NCBI GenBank assembly: GCA_039815375.1
Contig: JBCBZJ010000005.1
Location: 1 to 64,000, forward strand
Origin: Verrucomicrobiota bacterium
Lineage (GTDB): Bacteria > Verrucomicrobiota > Verrucomicrobiia > Opitutales > Coraliomargaritaceae
Reading direction: 5' to 3'
Length of the DNA: 64,000 bases
Below, piece by piece: positions 1 to 10,580 of this stretch. The stretch's first letter is position 1; the number at the start of each line of letters is the position of its first letter. Both the position numbers and the translations under genes were made by a program. The notes below the pieces were generated by a model. It was not told where the DNA came from, ran no database searches, and worked only from the letters and a program-made list of their open reading frames with translations.

Positions 1-742
1 CGGCCTGCATCAGAAGGTCAATTTCCTTTTTGACCGTCTTCACAAGCTGGGCGCCACCCGATTCCTTGAAAGCGACCTTGTCCACGCCTTCGGGACCGTC
101 CTTGGCCTCTTGCGCGGCAGTTGGATCCACGCGCATGACCTCGACGAATTCCTGAGCAAGCTCTTTCCAGTTCGCAAAATCCATCTTCGGCGACAGAACG
201 AGATAGCTGTGGTCTCGCAGTCGGTCCGGCATGGTTTCCCAGGCCTCGATCAGTGGCGCGCTCAGTTCAGCCCCGGCCCACATCGCAATATCGGCAGCAG
301 GCAGGGTTTTGTCGGCATCGGAACATAAGGCCGTCGGGTTTTCTTCGGCGGCGACAAGGATCGACAGCTTTTTGAGCACAGGCAGGTCGATATAGATGCG
401 CACCCGTGTCGGGTTGTCATCGAACAACTGCCGGAATTCGGAGCCTTCGATCCGTCTTTGGGTGCCATCGCGGAATTGCAGGCGTGCATGCGCGACGTCC
501 CCGTGAAGGAACTGGATGCGCGCCCGTGGGATCGATGGCGAGACGACGGGCTGCCCGATCATCAGATTGATCAGCGAAATGGCGTGACGGGTATCTGTCC
601 CGAACACCGTCAGACGCAACGGCTGGGAAAGCCTGCGCAAGCAGCGCTCGGCCAAAGCCTTGTCCGCCCGCGTCAGTTCTGCGTGATCGATCAGCTCTTT
701 CAGCCGAAGGGCCGCTTCCAATTCGCCATTGTCGTCTGACAT
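1..742 (-). CDS. Hypothetical protein, possibly a degenerate dynamin-like GTPase-domain protein; runs off the window edge
   Basis: Open frame read by hand from ATG at 742 (MSDDNGELEAALRLKELID...) to position 1 with no stop. 'LRLTVFGTDTRHAISLINLMIGQPVV' resembles a decayed G1 region. Confidence 0.55.
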   Translation of the reverse strand, partial: MSDDNGELEAALRLKELIDHAELTRADKALAERCLRRLSQPLRLTVFGTDTRHAISLINLMIGQPVVSPSIPRARIQFLHGDVAHARLQFRDGTQRRIEGSEFRQLFDDNPTRVRIYIDLPVLKKLSILVAAEENPTALCSDADKTLPAADIAMWAGAELSAPLIEAWETMPDRLRDHSYLVLSPKMDFANWKELAQEFVEVMRVDPTAAQEAKDGPEGVDKVAFKESGGAQLVKTVKKEIDLLMQA

Positions 743-748
743 GTTCCC

Positions 749-1160
749 CTAACCACCCGTTGCCTGGTGAGCAAACTGCTCTCCCTGTTTCTTCGCTGCT
801 GCATCCTTGGTGCCAGCGGTCGCTGTCTGCTCGTCAACATCATCAAGCGCTGCGTCGTCGGCCAAACGTGTTGTGTGGAAATCGATCTCGGTGACATTGC
901 CACGCCGCTTGGGACGGATCACTTGCTTTTCGTGACGGACTTTAATGACCGCGAACGAGATGTTGTCCTGCTCGGGGTCGTTCAGACCCTTTACAGCTTG
1001 CAACAGTGCATTTGCGATATCCGCACTTGGTTTGCGACGGTTCCGCGTGATGATCTTGGTGATGACCTTGTCCTCAAGGAACTGCAGGCCGTCGCTGGAT
1101 ACCACAATGATATCACCGGCTTGCAGCTCAAGCGACAGGCCACGGTTGTCCATACGGGGT
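749..1160 (-). pseudogene. C-terminal fragment of a PP2C-family Ser/Thr phosphatase (5' part missing)
   Basis: LELQAGDIIVVSSDGL and DNISFAVIKV are PP2C C-terminal motifs. The frame upstream of ~1160 is an alternative frame of the PEP-CTERM gene. Confidence 0.7.
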
Positions 1161-1691
1161 CGAAGGCTCGGGGACGACTGCCGTCGTAAAAGAAATCTGA
1201 TAGTCCACTGTGGTCGAACCGGTTTCCTGGAGCCAGAATGAGTAGTCTCCTGCCGCGAGCGGTGTTGAGCTACCTTGCTGCAAATCATCAAGGACCTCGC
1301 CCGAGCTTGCGCTAAAAATAAGATTACCTGCGATGTCGCCAATCCCTTGGCCTGAGAAACTATCGCCGATTGTATATGCAAAAAAACTGCCACTACCATT
1401 ATTGCCGGAAGCAGGCGTGTAGGCATCTATATTGATCGATGTCAGCTCAAGCCCGGGATCCACTGTAAAAGTGAAATAATCGGCATCCGTTCCGTCTGTG
1501 GCACCGGTATTTCCGTTCGCACCAATTTCCCCAATCACGGTATTGATACCTAAATTGAGGGTAAAAGCGTCGGGATTTGAAAAGCTGCCGGATAGATCGC
1601 CGGAAACAGATTCATCAACCGTCAAGGCATGAAGGTTACTGAAAGCAGAGAGAAGACTGATGGCTGAGAGTAACTTTGTGCTTATGTGCAT
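1128..1691 (-). CDS. PEP-CTERM surface protein, truncated just after VPEPS
   Basis: Signal peptide and VVPEPST are present, but there is no TM helix or basic tail (ends PYGQPWPVA). Confidence 0.75.
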   Translation of the reverse strand: MHISTKLLSAISLLSAFSNLHALTVDESVSGDLSGSFSNPDAFTLNLGINTVIGEIGANGNTGATDGTDADYFTFTVDPGLELTSINIDAYTPASGNNGSGSFFAYTIGDSFSGQGIGDIAGNLIFSASSGEVLDDLQQGSSTPLAAGDYSFWLQETGSTTVDYQISFTTAVVPEPSTPYGQPWPVA

Positions 1692-1872
1692 AATGATTAG
1701 TAGTTGATTTTTGAGTTAATGGTAAGATTCAAAAATAGATGAGCGCGTAGGACTCTGGATATTCCCGAAAAAAAGCAATTTTTGTTCCGAATAAGAGGGT
1801 ATGGTGATAAACTAGGTTTTCCAAGGTCTCGAAAAGTGTTTTGCCAGTTCAGCATGCCCCTAATCACTAACA

Positions 1873-2411
1873 TTAAATACGTAGGTAGACCATATCCTCA
1901 TCATCTATGCGCTCGAAGAGTTCGATGACGTCGGTGTTGGTGAGCTCAACGCAGCCGGCGCTCGCAGGTTGGCCGATTTGGTCTTCTTGGTTGGTGCCGT
2001 GGATATAGATATATCGGTCGTAGCTGTCGCAGCCGGGGCCTGAGTTCAGGTCGGGCTCAAGTCCACGGAGACGCATGATTCTGCTGGTGATGAGCTGCTT
2101 CTCGGCTTCTTCGCCTTCGTATTCTGAAAAGTGTTTGGTGGGCAGGCGCCCTTTGAAGACCATGCCTTCGGGTTGATCGCTGCCGATTTTGTCGGCGATA
2201 GCGTGGAGACCGGTTGGGGTGCCGTAGGAATCGGCGATGCAGGAGGGCGGCTTGATTGATGTAGAGACGGTATAGACCTTTACTATCGCACCTTTTTCAA
2301 TCAGAGCCATTCGCTGGTCGGCGATGGAGACAACGAGGCGTCGGTCCGTGGGGGTGATTGACAAGGCCGTGCAGCGTTCATTTAGTCGCCGGTTTTCCTC
2401 TAGAAAATCCA

Positions 2412-2418
<7 letters not shown>
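1873..2418 (-). CDS. L,D-transpeptidase (YkuD family); start uncertain
   Basis: TPTG motif and YIYIHGT...SAGCV catalytic His/Cys motif. Confidence 0.9.
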
Positions 2419-3431
<1,013 letters not shown>

Positions 3432-3516
3432 TCGACGCTTAGAAGTTCTAATCGCAATCGACTGCGATACGTTTTGGTTGAATGATTTGGATTTCGAGAA
3501 CGATTTCGATTAACCT

Positions 3517-3924
3517 ATGGACTTACACGACCTCAGAATACTGCTCGACTTCGGTATGGTCGTCTTGCTCTGGCTGGTGCAGCGGGTGATCTACCCGAGC
3601 TTTCTGGAATGTTCTGAAAAGAATCTCGTTGTATGGCACGGGACTTACGTGAAGCGGGTGGGGCCGATCATCATTCCGATGATGTTTGCCCAGTTGCCGC
3701 TGGTTGCATGGATGACATTTCAAGCGCCAGGCCTTGAAAATATTGGAGCACTCCTCTGTCTGCTCGGCTGCTGGCTGTTAACTTTTGGTGTTTCAGTCCC
3801 GCTCCACAGGAAGATCGAAAGGGGTGACACTAGCCGCGAGACCTTGCAAAGTCTTGTCGATACGAACTGGCCGCGAACAACGCTTTGGACCGTGGCTTTT
3901 GTTCTTGGATTGATGTCGAGGTAG
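3517..3924 (+). CDS. Small membrane protein
   Basis: 135 aa with about four hydrophobic segments. Confidence 0.7.
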   Translation: MDLHDLRILLDFGMVVLLWLVQRVIYPSFLECSEKNLVVWHGTYVKRVGPIIIPMMFAQLPLVAWMTFQAPGLENIGALLCLLGCWLLTFGVSVPLHRKIERGDTSRETLQSLVDTNWPRTTLWTVAFVLGLMSR

Positions 3925-3947
3925 GGCTGAATAAAGTTCCCACTGAT

Positions 3948-5567
3948 CTAGGATGTGCACGGTAGAGATACAGTGAAGGTTGAGCCTTTGCCTGGGGCGC
4001 TCTCCACGGATAGGGAACCGTCGTGTGCATCGACGATTGACTTCACGATTGCCAAACCGAGGCCGGTGCTGCGGTGCTCATTGGTGCGATCCCGCTCACC
4101 GCGATAAAAGCGGTCAAAGAGGTAGGGTATCTGGGCCTTCTCGATTCCATTACCATTGTCTTCGACAGTGAACGAAACCCGGCCTTCGGTCTTTCTGGTC
4201 GAGACGCGTATCCGTCCACTTTCCTGTGTGTATTTGATAGCGTTACTGATAAGGTTGGTCATGACCTGAAAAATGCGCTCTTTGTCGAAGTTGGCGGCCG
4301 TGATCGGGCAGTCTAAATCAAAACCGATATGCTTCTCTTCGGCTAGTGGATCGAGGGCATGAGCTGCTTCCATCGCGATTGTGCCGAGATCGTGGTTTTC
4401 CTTCTTGAGAGAAAACTCGCCTGAATCCACGCGTGCGAGTTGGAGTAGGGATTCGACGAGCCCTCTGAGGTGTTGTGCCGATTTTTCACATTCACCAAGG
4501 GTTTGTCGGTATTTTTCTGCCTCACGATCACGGCGCAGGGCGAATTGGCATTTTGCCAAAATGACGGAAATGGGGGTTCGGAGTTCGTGTGATGCGTCTG
4601 CTGTAAAGCGCACCTGTTGCTCAAAAGAAGCGTCGAGTTTTGAGAATGTTGTGTTGAGGACCTGAACCAGTTGCCCAAGTTCGCTTTCTGTTTCTGTCGA
4701 ATCGATCCGTTGTGAAAGATCACCATCCGCTATCTGGGCTGCAGTTCTTGAGATGCTCCTGATGGGTTTAAGTGCCTGCCCGGCAAGAAGCCATCCAATC
4801 CCAAATCCAAAGCAGACGAGAGCGATACCAATAGCTAGAAGTTTCAGCCGTAGATTCATCAGTTGGCTGTTCAGTTTATCTAATGGTTGCCCGAGTATGA
4901 GGGTATATCCACGAGGGTCCACGTGTACGTATTCGCGGTAGTTACCAATGGTGCGGCTCATGTTCTGCTTTGTCATCTCGGCCTTGGCTCGATCCTCGGG
5001 GGCATTTCGGCTCCTGTCCAATTCTTCACCCTCCAGATCATATGCAATAATATAGATATTCTGTTGGACCAGTCGGCTTTCGAGACCCTCCCTGGTTGGA
5101 AGACGCGCTCTGTTTAGGCTGTTTGCCGATTCAGCATTCTGGGGGGCTTGCCGTCTGTAGGAATCGGGTTCGGGTTGAGTTCTTCCGGGAGGCCCGAACG
5201 AATCATCATACGGCCTTTGATTTGGCGGTTGATCTCTTTGTTCGAATGAGCCGCCGAACGGTGGACGTTCCCGTGGGGTGTCGCCCGGGCCAAAAGGAGG
5301 GTGACTTGGTCGTTCGCCGCGAATGCGATCGGAGGGGCCGGGTCGTCGGTTTCTGCTGCCATCGTGATCACTTGGCCGACGCTCTCCCGGGAGTGGCAAC
5401 AACTGAGGAATTGCGGGAAGGACTTGCTCAGACAACAACTGATCTAATTCGCGAAGTAGAATCTCTTTTTCATGAAAATAGAAGGCCGCGAGCAAGCCAC
5501 TGACAATCAATGTCAGCAAAAATGTATGCCAACTTTGGATACGTGATCGGAGAGAACGGCCGAACAT
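3948..5567 (-). CDS. Sensor histidine kinase (HAMP, HisKA, HATPase)
   Basis: Two TM helices, ASHELRTP, NLISNAIKY, DNGNGI, GLGLAIV. Confidence 0.95.
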   Translation of the reverse strand: MFGRSLRSRIQSWHTFLLTLIVSGLLAAFYFHEKEILLRELDQLLSEQVLPAIPQLLPLPGERRPSDHDGSRNRRPGPSDRIRGERPSHPPFGPGDTPRERPPFGGSFEQRDQPPNQRPYDDSFGPPGRTQPEPDSYRRQAPQNAESANSLNRARLPTREGLESRLVQQNIYIIAYDLEGEELDRSRNAPEDRAKAEMTKQNMSRTIGNYREYVHVDPRGYTLILGQPLDKLNSQLMNLRLKLLAIGIALVCFGFGIGWLLAGQALKPIRSISRTAAQIADGDLSQRIDSTETESELGQLVQVLNTTFSKLDASFEQQVRFTADASHELRTPISVILAKCQFALRRDREAEKYRQTLGECEKSAQHLRGLVESLLQLARVDSGEFSLKKENHDLGTIAMEAAHALDPLAEEKHIGFDLDCPITAANFDKERIFQVMTNLISNAIKYTQESGRIRVSTRKTEGRVSFTVEDNGNGIEKAQIPYLFDRFYRGERDRTNEHRSTGLGLAIVKSIVDAHDGSLSVESAPGKGSTFTVSLPCTS

Positions 5568-5570
5568 GTT

Positions 5571-6227
5571 TTATGGGGTTTCGACAATGTAGCCGGTGCC
5601 CCGGCGGGTGCGGATGAAGTTCTTTCCTAGTTTTTGCCGGAGTTTGTAGATATAGACATCCAGCATGTTGGAGAGACTGTCTTCGTTTTCGTCGAACAAG
5701 TGCTCGTAGATATATTCCCGGCTGAGGATTTGGCCGACTCTTTGAGAAAAGAGTTCAACGATCGCATATTCCCTGGAAGTAAGCTCAACGGGTTGCCCAT
5801 CGAGGGTTACTTCCTGGGAGCTGGTGTTGATGCTCACATTGCCGATTTGGATTAGAGGATTTCGGGCACCGCTATTCCTTCGAATGATCGCCCGGGTCCG
5901 CGCTACCATCTCTGAGAGGTCGAATGGCTTGGGTAGATAGTCGTCTGCGCCGCAGTTCAAGCCTTTGACCCGATCCTCGACTCCGTCTCGTGCAGTTAGC
6001 ATGAGCACCGGTGTCTCTTTTGTCTTTCTCAGTTGTTCGAGAATCCTCCACCCGTCGAGCCGCGGGAGCATAATGTCGAGCAAAATGGCATCGTAATTCC
6101 ATTCGATCGCTTTGTAGAGGCCTTCCTCGCCATCGGCGCTGCAGTCGACTGCGAAACCTTCCTCCCTTAGGGTTTCGGCAATAGTTTCCTGAAGGCCAAG
6201 TTCGTCCTCTATGACAAGCAGTCTCAT
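5571..6227 (-). CDS. OmpR-family response regulator
   Basis: LLDIMLP, GADDYLPKPF, C-terminal wHTH ending TRRGTGY. Confidence 0.95.
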   Translation of the reverse strand: MRLLVIEDELGLQETIAETLREEGFAVDCSADGEEGLYKAIEWNYDAILLDIMLPRLDGWRILEQLRKTKETPVLMLTARDGVEDRVKGLNCGADDYLPKPFDLSEMVARTRAIIRRNSGARNPLIQIGNVSINTSSQEVTLDGQPVELTSREYAIVELFSQRVGQILSREYIYEHLFDENEDSLSNMLDVYIYKLRQKLGKNFIRTRRGTGYIVETP

Positions 6228-6336
6228 ACGAATGCTAAACCGGTGAATTAGAAGTATCCCATATAGGGAACCTGATTTTGAGGGAGCTGTGGCAAGGGAG
6301 AGGCAGTTTCATTATCGGATTATAGCATTCGCAAGA

Positions 6337-6394
6337 TGAACAGGAGATGAATGAATCAGCCATTAAAAAAGCACATTCATTCATCTCCGGTTCA
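6337..6394. promoter_or_regulatory. 20-bp inverted repeat between divergent genes; candidate regulator-binding site
   Basis: tgaacaggagatgaatgaat (6337-6356) vs reverse complement of 6375-6394: 19/20 identical. Confidence 0.5.
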
Positions 6395-6456
6395 GCTAGG
6401 TAATGGTATCTTTTAGATCTAAACTTCGAAACTGACCAAAGATACCACAAATAAAC

Positions 6457-6801
6457 ATGAATAACACGATGATCCCTTCTCAATCCTCACTCATCGACCC
6501 GCTCAAAGAATCCGTAATCGTTGACACCTCAAAGCCAACACAACCGGTCTGTATAAACCTGAACAAGTTGTTTGGTTCCCATGGTTTGCAGTTCATTGTT
6601 GCAGTTGAGGACATCGACATGATCGAACCGGTCCTGATTGCAGTTCAAGGGCAGCTTTATCTCTACCCTGTGGAGGCTTCACATGCAAACGGGAAGACTC
6701 GCCTAGCAATCCGTGCCATTGACTCGGACGGCGACGCCGTGGCCACGACCATTACGATCTTTGTCTCGAACGGAGAGAAGCCTGCTGTAGCTGCCGCTTA
6801 G
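6457..6801 (+). CDS. Hypothetical protein (beta-rich, Ig/cadherin-like appearance)
   Basis: 114-aa ORF ending ...ANGKTRLAIRAIDSDGDAVATTITIFV. Confidence 0.55.
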   Translation: MNNTMIPSQSSLIDPLKESVIVDTSKPTQPVCINLNKLFGSHGLQFIVAVEDIDMIEPVLIAVQGQLYLYPVEASHANGKTRLAIRAIDSDGDAVATTITIFVSNGEKPAVAAA

Positions 6802-7325
6802 CAGTCCCGGATGGATTTCGACCAGAGATCGGCTTCGGTCTTATGGCCATGCTGGATCAGCAATGCGTGTATCTGATGCTGGTCCGGCTCCTGGACTGGA
6901 TCGTCCAGATCGCCCGGTAAGCTGGGGCGAGCCTTGCGGACTAACGCCCAGACGGCCCATGCGCGGGCTCTACGCAAGGCTTCGCGCTCACCACGTAAAC
7001 GTGTGGCCTGATGCTGGAAACTGATACGTGGGTTACCTGGAAAATCATCGCTGCCTTGGTTTGCGAGGATCCATTCAAGGGCAGCATAAGGAAGCGGCCA
7101 TTCTTCCAGGACCGGATCGTTTTCATCGATATCCGCATAGAGCGCGCGGGTGATGGCGAGGATGGCTCTGCCGGCATGCCCGGTCTGCCAGAGATAGTTT
7201 CCATATTGCAGTGCTTTGAAATAGAAGTCCGATGTATTGGTCTCTAGCTTAGTCAGGCAACGGTGAGACATTTGCAGCTCGGGGCGGGGCAGGTGGGGGC
7301 AGGATTCTTTTTCAGCGATGGACAT
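6798..7325 (-). CDS. Hypothetical protein
   Basis: ~175-aa ORF that fills the gap, with plausible composition. Confidence 0.65.
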   Translation of the reverse strand: MSIAEKESCPHLPRPELQMSHRCLTKLETNTSDFYFKALQYGNYLWQTGHAGRAILAITRALYADIDENDPVLEEWPLPYAALEWILANQGSDDFPGNPRISFQHQATRLRGEREALRRARAWAVWALVRKARPSLPGDLDDPVQEPDQHQIHALLIQHGHKTEADLWSKSIRDC

Positions 7326-7507
7326 AAAAAGCAGCAATTAATCTAACCGACAGCTCGGTGAATTCAAACCCCGATACGGGGCTAGCTATTCAACGATCTT
7401 TTTGATGATCGTCGCTGACCGTTGCTCTTGGTGTATCTTACAATACAGACTTCAATGTGGGTTTTCGGGCTTTACCGTATGCCTTGAATACGACTTCCAT
7501 AGGACCC

Positions 7508-7957
7508 ATGCGTAAACCGGGACATATTCTTTTTCTCTGCACCGCGAACTACTATCGCAGCCGCTTTGCAGAATTGTATTTCAATTTTCTGGCTGAGGGT
7601 GCTGGACTGGAGGAACGTGCCGATTCTGCGGGGCTCGAGATGCAACGCTGGCGCTTCTATAATCCTGGTGATCTCTCCCCCTACACAATAAAGGAGCTCA
7701 GTATTTTGGGCGTGGATCTGCCTGAAGTTCCACGAGAACCAAAACAGTTTGAGCTAAAAATGTTGGACCAATTTGATCAATGCACTGCATTGAGCGAAAA
7801 GGAACATCGACCGATGGTGGAGCGAATGTATCCCAATCAGGTCGCTCGTTTCGGGTATTGGACAGTTGAAGATGTCGGGATTGAGCCTATTGAAGAAGCG
7901 CTTGGTCGCATCCAGAAAAATGTTCAATTGCTCATCGATGAACTCCAACGTGGATAA
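7508..7957 (+). CDS. Low-molecular-weight protein tyrosine phosphatase / ArsC-like
   Basis: ILFLCTANYYRS (CX5R), ADSAGL, WTVED. Confidence 0.88.
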   Translation: MRKPGHILFLCTANYYRSRFAELYFNFLAEGAGLEERADSAGLEMQRWRFYNPGDLSPYTIKELSILGVDLPEVPREPKQFELKMLDQFDQCTALSEKEHRPMVERMYPNQVARFGYWTVEDVGIEPIEEALGRIQKNVQLLIDELQRG

Positions 7958-8040
7958 GCTCACAGGAGGCGTAAGGACTAGCTGAGGATTTGCTGCAGGA
8001 GTCTAAGAGTAGTCTGTTCTCTTTTCCCTTCCGTCTGTTA

Positions 8041-9390
8041 ATGTCAAATTTCTTGAAAATCTGGGAGCCTGACTTTCCGAACCGGCCTTCGAAGTTTCCG
8101 GTCTTTTACGGTTGGTTGATCGCATTTCTAGCGACTGCCGGGATCTGCGCCAGCATCCCGGGACAAACTATCGGAGTCGGGCTCTTTAAGACCCGCCTGA
8201 TGGACGCGCTGGCACTCACTTCAATGCAGTTGAGCCTAGCCTATATGATTGGGACCCTCCTCAGCGCACTCTTCCTCAACGCCGGAGGCAGCTTCTTCGA
8301 TCGTGTGGGCGCGCGAAAAGCAGTAGTCTTCTCGATCGTCGCACTTGGCTTTGTCCTCCTCGGAATGAGTATGGTCGACCGGATCGCAAGGCTTGGTGGC
8401 TATATTCCCCTGCTTAACGCTATCGTCTGGTTGCCGGCCTTCCTCACGCTGACGATTGGTTTTGCTTTTCTCCGTTACACAGGGCAGGGCATGGTAGCAT
8501 TAACTTCGCGTGCGATGTTGGGTAAATGGTTTGACCGCCGCCGGGGAGCGGTGACTGCATTTACGGGTGCAATTATCGCACTGGTCTTCTCTGCAGCGCC
8601 GATTTGTTTGGAGTATTTGATTCGCAAATTTAGCTGGCAGGGAGCCTGGCTGGTCTTGGGACTATGCTTCCTCATTGTACTCGTCCCAATCTTTTGGGCA
8701 TTTGCTCGTGACAATCCCGAAGAGTCTGGTCTGCAAATGGACGGTGGGGCAGTTGAAAAAACTAAAGCGTCTAATCCTGATGCGGTTATCTATCGAGACT
8801 ATTCGAGAGCTGAGGCGAGCCGCACCTTTTCGTTTTGGGCTTTTACCTTAATGTTTGGCTTGAGCGGTCTCGTAATCACCGCGTTCACCTTTCATATTCT
8901 GGCAATTGGTGAAGAGCTCGCCGTCTCGACCGACTACATCCTCAAGCTCTTCATTCCCGGAGCTCTCGTTTCGGTCGTTACCGGCTTTTTGATTGCTTGG
9001 TTGACCGACCTTTCCTTTGTCCGAATCAAATACCTGCTTGCTTTCATGGGTCTCGCGAGCACGGTCGGCTTCGGTTGTGTCGGGTTCGGTAATTACCCTT
9101 CGATCAGTTGGCTGCATATTATCGGATTCGGCGTTGCTGGGGGTTCATGGGGAAGCTTGAGCTCAATTATTTATCCGCGCTTTTTCGGGCGTGAGCATCT
9201 CGGTGCCATCACTGGGCTCTTTATGACTTCTGTCGTCGTAGCCAGTGCGCTGGGCCCCTTCTCCTTCAGTTTTGTTCATATGGTGGCCGGTAGCTATCGG
9301 CCCGCCTTTATGCTCTCAGCTTTTGCTGCCGCTGCACTCGGGGTCGCGGCTTTTTGGGCCGACAACCCGCAGCGAACGATGTCAAGGTGA
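8041..9390 (+). CDS. MFS transporter
   Basis: About 12 TMs, motif A-like GSFFDRVGAR, KWFDRRRG, FFGREHLGAI. Confidence 0.9.
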   Translation: MSNFLKIWEPDFPNRPSKFPVFYGWLIAFLATAGICASIPGQTIGVGLFKTRLMDALALTSMQLSLAYMIGTLLSALFLNAGGSFFDRVGARKAVVFSIVALGFVLLGMSMVDRIARLGGYIPLLNAIVWLPAFLTLTIGFAFLRYTGQGMVALTSRAMLGKWFDRRRGAVTAFTGAIIALVFSAAPICLEYLIRKFSWQGAWLVLGLCFLIVLVPIFWAFARDNPEESGLQMDGGAVEKTKASNPDAVIYRDYSRAEASRTFSFWAFTLMFGLSGLVITAFTFHILAIGEELAVSTDYILKLFIPGALVSVVTGFLIAWLTDLSFVRIKYLLAFMGLASTVGFGCVGFGNYPSISWLHIIGFGVAGGSWGSLSSIIYPRFFGREHLGAITGLFMTSVVVASALGPFSFSFVHMVAGSYRPAFMLSAFAAAALGVAAFWADNPQRTMSR

Positions 9391-9489
9391 CGACCGAAAG
9401 TATCTAAGACTGCAAGGAAAGGGTGGCCGTTACTACAACGGTGCGAGGTGTCTCTACACTGACGAGGGTGAGTCTTCTCCAAAAAGACC

Positions 9490-9600
9490 TGATTTTGAAA
9501 TTCCTTAACGATATAGTCTTTGTCGAAGGTGTTGTTTACATAGAGCTCAATTCGCACTTTTGCATTCACATAGCCAAGTCGAACATTTGTGATCGCTCGT
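9490..9600 (-). pseudogene. Remnant of a TonB-dependent receptor C-terminal region
   Basis: NVRLGYVNAKVRIELYVNNTFDKDY resembles the TBDR C-terminal 'L.V.NLFD..Y' strand; no intact gene around it. Confidence 0.45.
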
Positions 9601-10580
9601 GACGAGGATGACTTTCTGAGGTCGCAATGGAACAAGTTTCTCGAATATTCAGAAGTATATTCTTAAAACCGTTTTTAGTGATGTGGAGAAGATCGGCTTG
9701 AAGAAAGCCATCACCTGATTCGGATTACCCGGTAGCTCCAATCTAACCTATCACTTGCGTGTTTTGGTGGAAAGTGACGTGTTGGTGAAAGCCAGGAACG
9801 ACTACAGCTTTGATAATCTCCTTTTTATTTTTTTAATTCGCACAATATTTTTCGGTCAGGCGTTGCATGCCTTAATCTTGATAGAAAATAATTTCTAGCC
9901 CTAATACTTCACTACGTTAGATTTTTATAAATTTTTAAGCATTAAGCTGCTCGTGTCTTCCAATACATAGTAATTAGGATCATCTATTTATCGTTTTTTA
10001 TTACATTATACTTGTTTAAGTATTTCGTAATAACCCAGTCAGCATGTCCGCTAATTTTCCTGCTCTGAGTTATTTGCGTAGGATCGAGCATTATAAGCTT
10101 ATCGAGATATTTGAGATATCTTCCCGTCGAATGTCTGGCAACAATTTTACGTTAGGGATAGATGATCTGAATACTGCTTCTAACCATGCTCTTGAATATG
10201 AATACAGCGCAGGCAAAGAGTCTGGACTGTGTAAATATTTTGTTAGCGGAATTAATGACTTGATAAATAATGGTTTTAAGTTAAATAGATATGTATCGTC
10301 TGAAGTTAATCTTTTGCTAGTGGTAATACGTATAACCAAATACCGCTAACAGAGGCTAAATTTCAGATTTACTCCTAGCACTATACCCTCCCTACATTTT
10401 CCCCCTCTCTCTTCCTAACGTATTTTGGGAAGCGATCACTTCTGCTTTTTTCTGTCTCAGTGGTAATCAGACCACCATGTCTACCTAACTAAACGGGCTG
10501 CAGTCGCCTACCCCCTGTCGCGATTTGTTTTTCGCGAATTATGGTGCACTTGTGGCCCGTCCCACCCAAACCCTAAAAAT

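Noticed and set aside
749..1426. 225-aa ORF as a complete gene
   Set aside because: Its first ~90 codons are an alternative frame of the PEP-CTERM gene; only the PP2C part looks real.
5100..5400. Pro/Arg-rich low-complexity segment in the sensor kinase
   Set aside because: Looks like a disordered extracytoplasmic linker; no DNA-level repeat structure.
10044..10349. Opposing short ORFs in the AT-rich stretch
   Set aside because: No recognisable motif on either strand.
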